From: the human T2T-CHM13v2.0 reference genome, Homo sapiens
Reading direction: 5' to 3' (one strand)
Assembly: GCF_009914755.1 (NCBI RefSeq)
Contig: NC_060929.1
Length of the DNA stretch: 64,000 nt
The translations under genes and the position numbers were made by a program. The notes below the pieces were generated by a model, which was given only the letters and a program-made list of their open reading frames with translations, did not search any database and had not been told where the DNA came from. Below, in pieces: positions 59,465 through 64,000 of the stretch. Position 1 is the stretch's first letter. Every line of letters starts with the position of its first letter.

Positions 59465-59630
59465 TGGTGTGCATTATAATTCCTTGAGGCCTTGTTAGAA
59501 CAGTTTGGCTCCACCTCAGAGTTTCTGACCTGGTAGTTGTGGGGTAGAGCCTGTGAATTTGCATTTCTAATAAGCTTCCTTGTGATGGTGATCCTGCTGT
59601 GTCAGTATCTCAGTTTTGAGAACTACTGGT
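59465..59630. mobile_element. MER5A-like hAT relic
   Basis: CAGAGTTTCTGA...GAATTTGCATTTCTAA...TTTGAGAACTACTG. Confidence 0.7.
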
Positions 59631-59659
59631 TTAACTGTTGTTTCTTTGCAGTTCAGTAA

Positions 59660-59872
<213 letters not shown>

Positions 59873-60039
59873 TAGCCAGGATGGGTCTCGATCTCCTGAC
59901 CTCGTGATCTACCCACCTTGGCCTCCCAAAGTGCTGGGATTACAGGCATGAGCCACCACGCTTGGCTGCATTTCAGTAATCTTAAAAGAGTTTCAGTAAT
60001 CTTAAAAGAGGTTCAGCTTAATTTCCCAAATTAACATGA

Positions 60040-60333
<294 letters not shown>

Positions 60334-60843
60334 TAGGCATGAGCCACTGCACCTGGCCGATTCTCAGACATTTCTAACTTGTACATTTCTAATATTTTAG
60401 ATCCAGATTTAAAGAACCATGGTACAGCAGAACACTCAAGTCCTTACCCTTGGGTTAGATACTTTGTATTTTGTTTTCTTATAAAATTGGGAATAGGTCT
60501 AAATGATCTCTTATGACCCTGAAATTTTATATATACATACATATTTTAATATATGTTTTAATATGTAAAATATGTAACAATGTATACATTGTTATATATA
60601 CATTGTTATATATAACACACAAATAGGTATTGATGTATGTAATAAACACATATGTAACATGTAACATTAAAAGATATATTAAAATATGTACTTTTTTTTA
60701 GAGATGGGGTCTCACTTTGTTACCTAGGCTGGGGTATAGTGGCACGATCCACTGCAGCCTTGAACTCCTGGGCTCAAGCAATCCTCCTACCTCAGCCTCC
60801 CAGGTAGCTAGGACTACAGGCTCTCTCCACCATGCTGGGCTAA

Positions 60844-60975
<132 letters not shown>

Positions 60976-61455
60976 TAGCCCTGAAATTACAATGCTATGA
61001 ATCATAATCTTTGTTTAAATATTTTCATAGTGTGATTTTAACCACCAAAGAGCCTCGATTTGTATAGCAATATTCAGACTACTAAAACTTGACTTTAGAG
61101 CCATTTTTCTACAAAGTTAATTATAACCTCTCTCAGTTTCCCATCTTGTTCCTTTCACCTTACACCATAGGGTGAGGACCAACAGGGTAAACAAATCTTT
61201 CCCATGCTATTTTTATTTTGTTTCATAATTGTTATGATTGGGGAAGGAGGGTGGTTTAAAAATAGCTTGTAAAGAAGCGTTAATTTTTACCAACTAATAG
61301 CTTAAGTTGCCTACTCAAGGATATAGTGAAAGGGAAATCTGCACATCCCTTGAAGGATGCCTTCCCCTCAAGGAATTTAGAGGGTTTCTTTTTGCTATAG
61401 TGTTGTGATATATATATATGTCTTAGGCTTTCAAAGTTTCAGTGTTCTACTTTAA

Positions 61456-61791
<336 letters not shown>

Positions 61792-61865
61792 TAAATTGAG
61801 AATGTTCTACTTTAACTGTCAAAGTTCCTTACCCCATCACTTTTTTCTAAACATAATTATATATA

Positions 61866-62183
61866 CATTCCTGCCTCAGTATCCATGAAAGGTTGGTCCC
61901 AGGTCCTTCCATGGATACCAAAATCTACAGATGCTCAAGTCCCTGATATAAAATGGCATAGTATTTGCGTATAACCTGTACACATCTTCCTGTATACTTT
62001 AAGTCATCTCTAGATTACTTATAAAACCTAATACAGTGTAAGTGCTCTGTAAATAGTTGTTATGCTGTGGTGTTTAGGGAATAATGACCAAAGAAGTCTG
62101 CACATGTTCAGTACAGACATCATTTTTTCCCCAGTGTATTTGACCCACAATTGGTGGAACTCATAGACACAGAGGGCTGGCTG
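61866..62183. mobile_element. MER2 (Tigger2-derived)
   Basis: GGATACCAAAATCTACAGATGCTCAAGTCCCTGATATAAAATGGCATAGTATTTGC...GAGGGCTGGCTG-TA. Confidence 0.88.
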
Positions 62184-62462
62184 TACTTTATTTCCCTATT
62201 GTTCTTTCTCATAAAATAGAAAGTTGAAATTAATGTATACGTTTAAAGCCAACTGTTAAAACACAGCCTTATATATTTGGGTATTATTTTTTTCTGCCCA
62301 CATGTTCCGACTAGATCGATGCCTTTATTAAATTTTAAGATTCAACTTCAGTTTTCATCATGATGTAGAGATATCAGTTTTATAGATTGTATGTTTATTT
62401 GCCATAATTGGGTTTTCACTATTTAGATTACACCCCAAATGACAGTTTTTTTTTTTCCTTGA

Positions 62463-62567
<105 letters not shown>

Positions 62568-62890
62568 TGAGTAGCTGGGATTATAGGAGCCCCCACCACG
62601 CCTGGCTAATTTTTGTACTTTTAGTAAAGATGGGGTTTCGCCATGTTGGCCAGGCTGGTCTCGAACTCCTGACCTCAGGTGAGCCACTGTGCCCAGCCAT
62701 GATGACAATTTTTAACAGCTATTTTAATCCACACTTACAGTCAGGATAATTCTTGCACAGACCCAGTTGGTTAAAAAAAGAAAAAGAAAATTTTAAAGGG
62801 TAATTTATTTTTCAAATGGGCAATATACACACTTTTATAAAATTCAAAATGTGTAAAAGCAATATATATAGTTCTCATTCTCACCCCTAA

Positions 62891-63237
<347 letters not shown>

Positions 63238-63328
63238 TGAGCCCCTGTGCCTGGCGTTTCTTGTGTATTCTTGGGAGATATTTTATGCACATGTAAAGAT
63301 GGATAGTTACGTGCTTTTTCTTTTTTAA

Positions 63329-63637
<309 letters not shown>

Positions 63638-64000
63638 TGAGCTACCGTGCCCAGCCCAAATGTACTTTTAAGAATAAAAAACTGGCCAGGCACTGTGGCT
63701 CACACCTGTAATTCCAGCACTTTGGGAGGCTGAGGCGGAAGGATCGCTTGAGTCTAGGCATTAGACACCAGCCTGGGAAACATAGTGAGACCTTGTCTCT
63801 GCATTAAAATAATAATAATAATAATAATAGGCCAGGTGCGGTGGCTCACTCCTGTAATCCCAGCACTTTGGGAGGCCGAGGTGGGCAGATCACGAGGTCA
63901 GGAGATCGAGACCATCCTGCTAACACGGTGAAACCCCATCTCTTCTAAAAATACAAAAAAAATTAGCCCGGCGTGGTGGTGGGCACCTGTAGTCCCAGCT

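Overview
Primate (very probably human) genomic DNA that is extremely Alu-dense; by eye, more than half of it is Alu. The only protein-coding sequence I can support is the first coding exon of UBE2D2 (UbcH5b): ATG at 28873, MALKRIHK, then a GTAAGC donor, inside a CpG-island promoter at about 28150-29350. Everything after that is intron 1; I did not find exon 2 in the window. The ORFs in the supplied track that I examined are artefacts of Alus, LTRs or high GC content. Other recognisable elements are a sense solo LTR12 (ERV9), an antisense solo LTR17 (HERV-W) in a three-level nest, a Y3 RNA pseudogene, a BC200-like retrocopy, an L1-mobilised ERV1 R-region fragment, several DNA-transposon, MaLR and L1 relics, and two local duplications. 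I found no new multi-gene system. The best leads are: (i) a regulatory cluster at the UBE2D2 5' end (CGCG/BANP palindrome, hairpin plus minimal uORF, a stop-containing 164-nt cassette exon and a U1-like sequence); (ii) a promoter-upstream segment that I recall, unverified, as having a CpG-decayed copy in pericentromeric chr22; (iii) the LTR12, which has lost its poly(A) signal; and (iv) a datable templated duplication. Repeat subfamily names come from remembered consensus sequences, and boundaries without a target-site duplication (TSD) are approximate.
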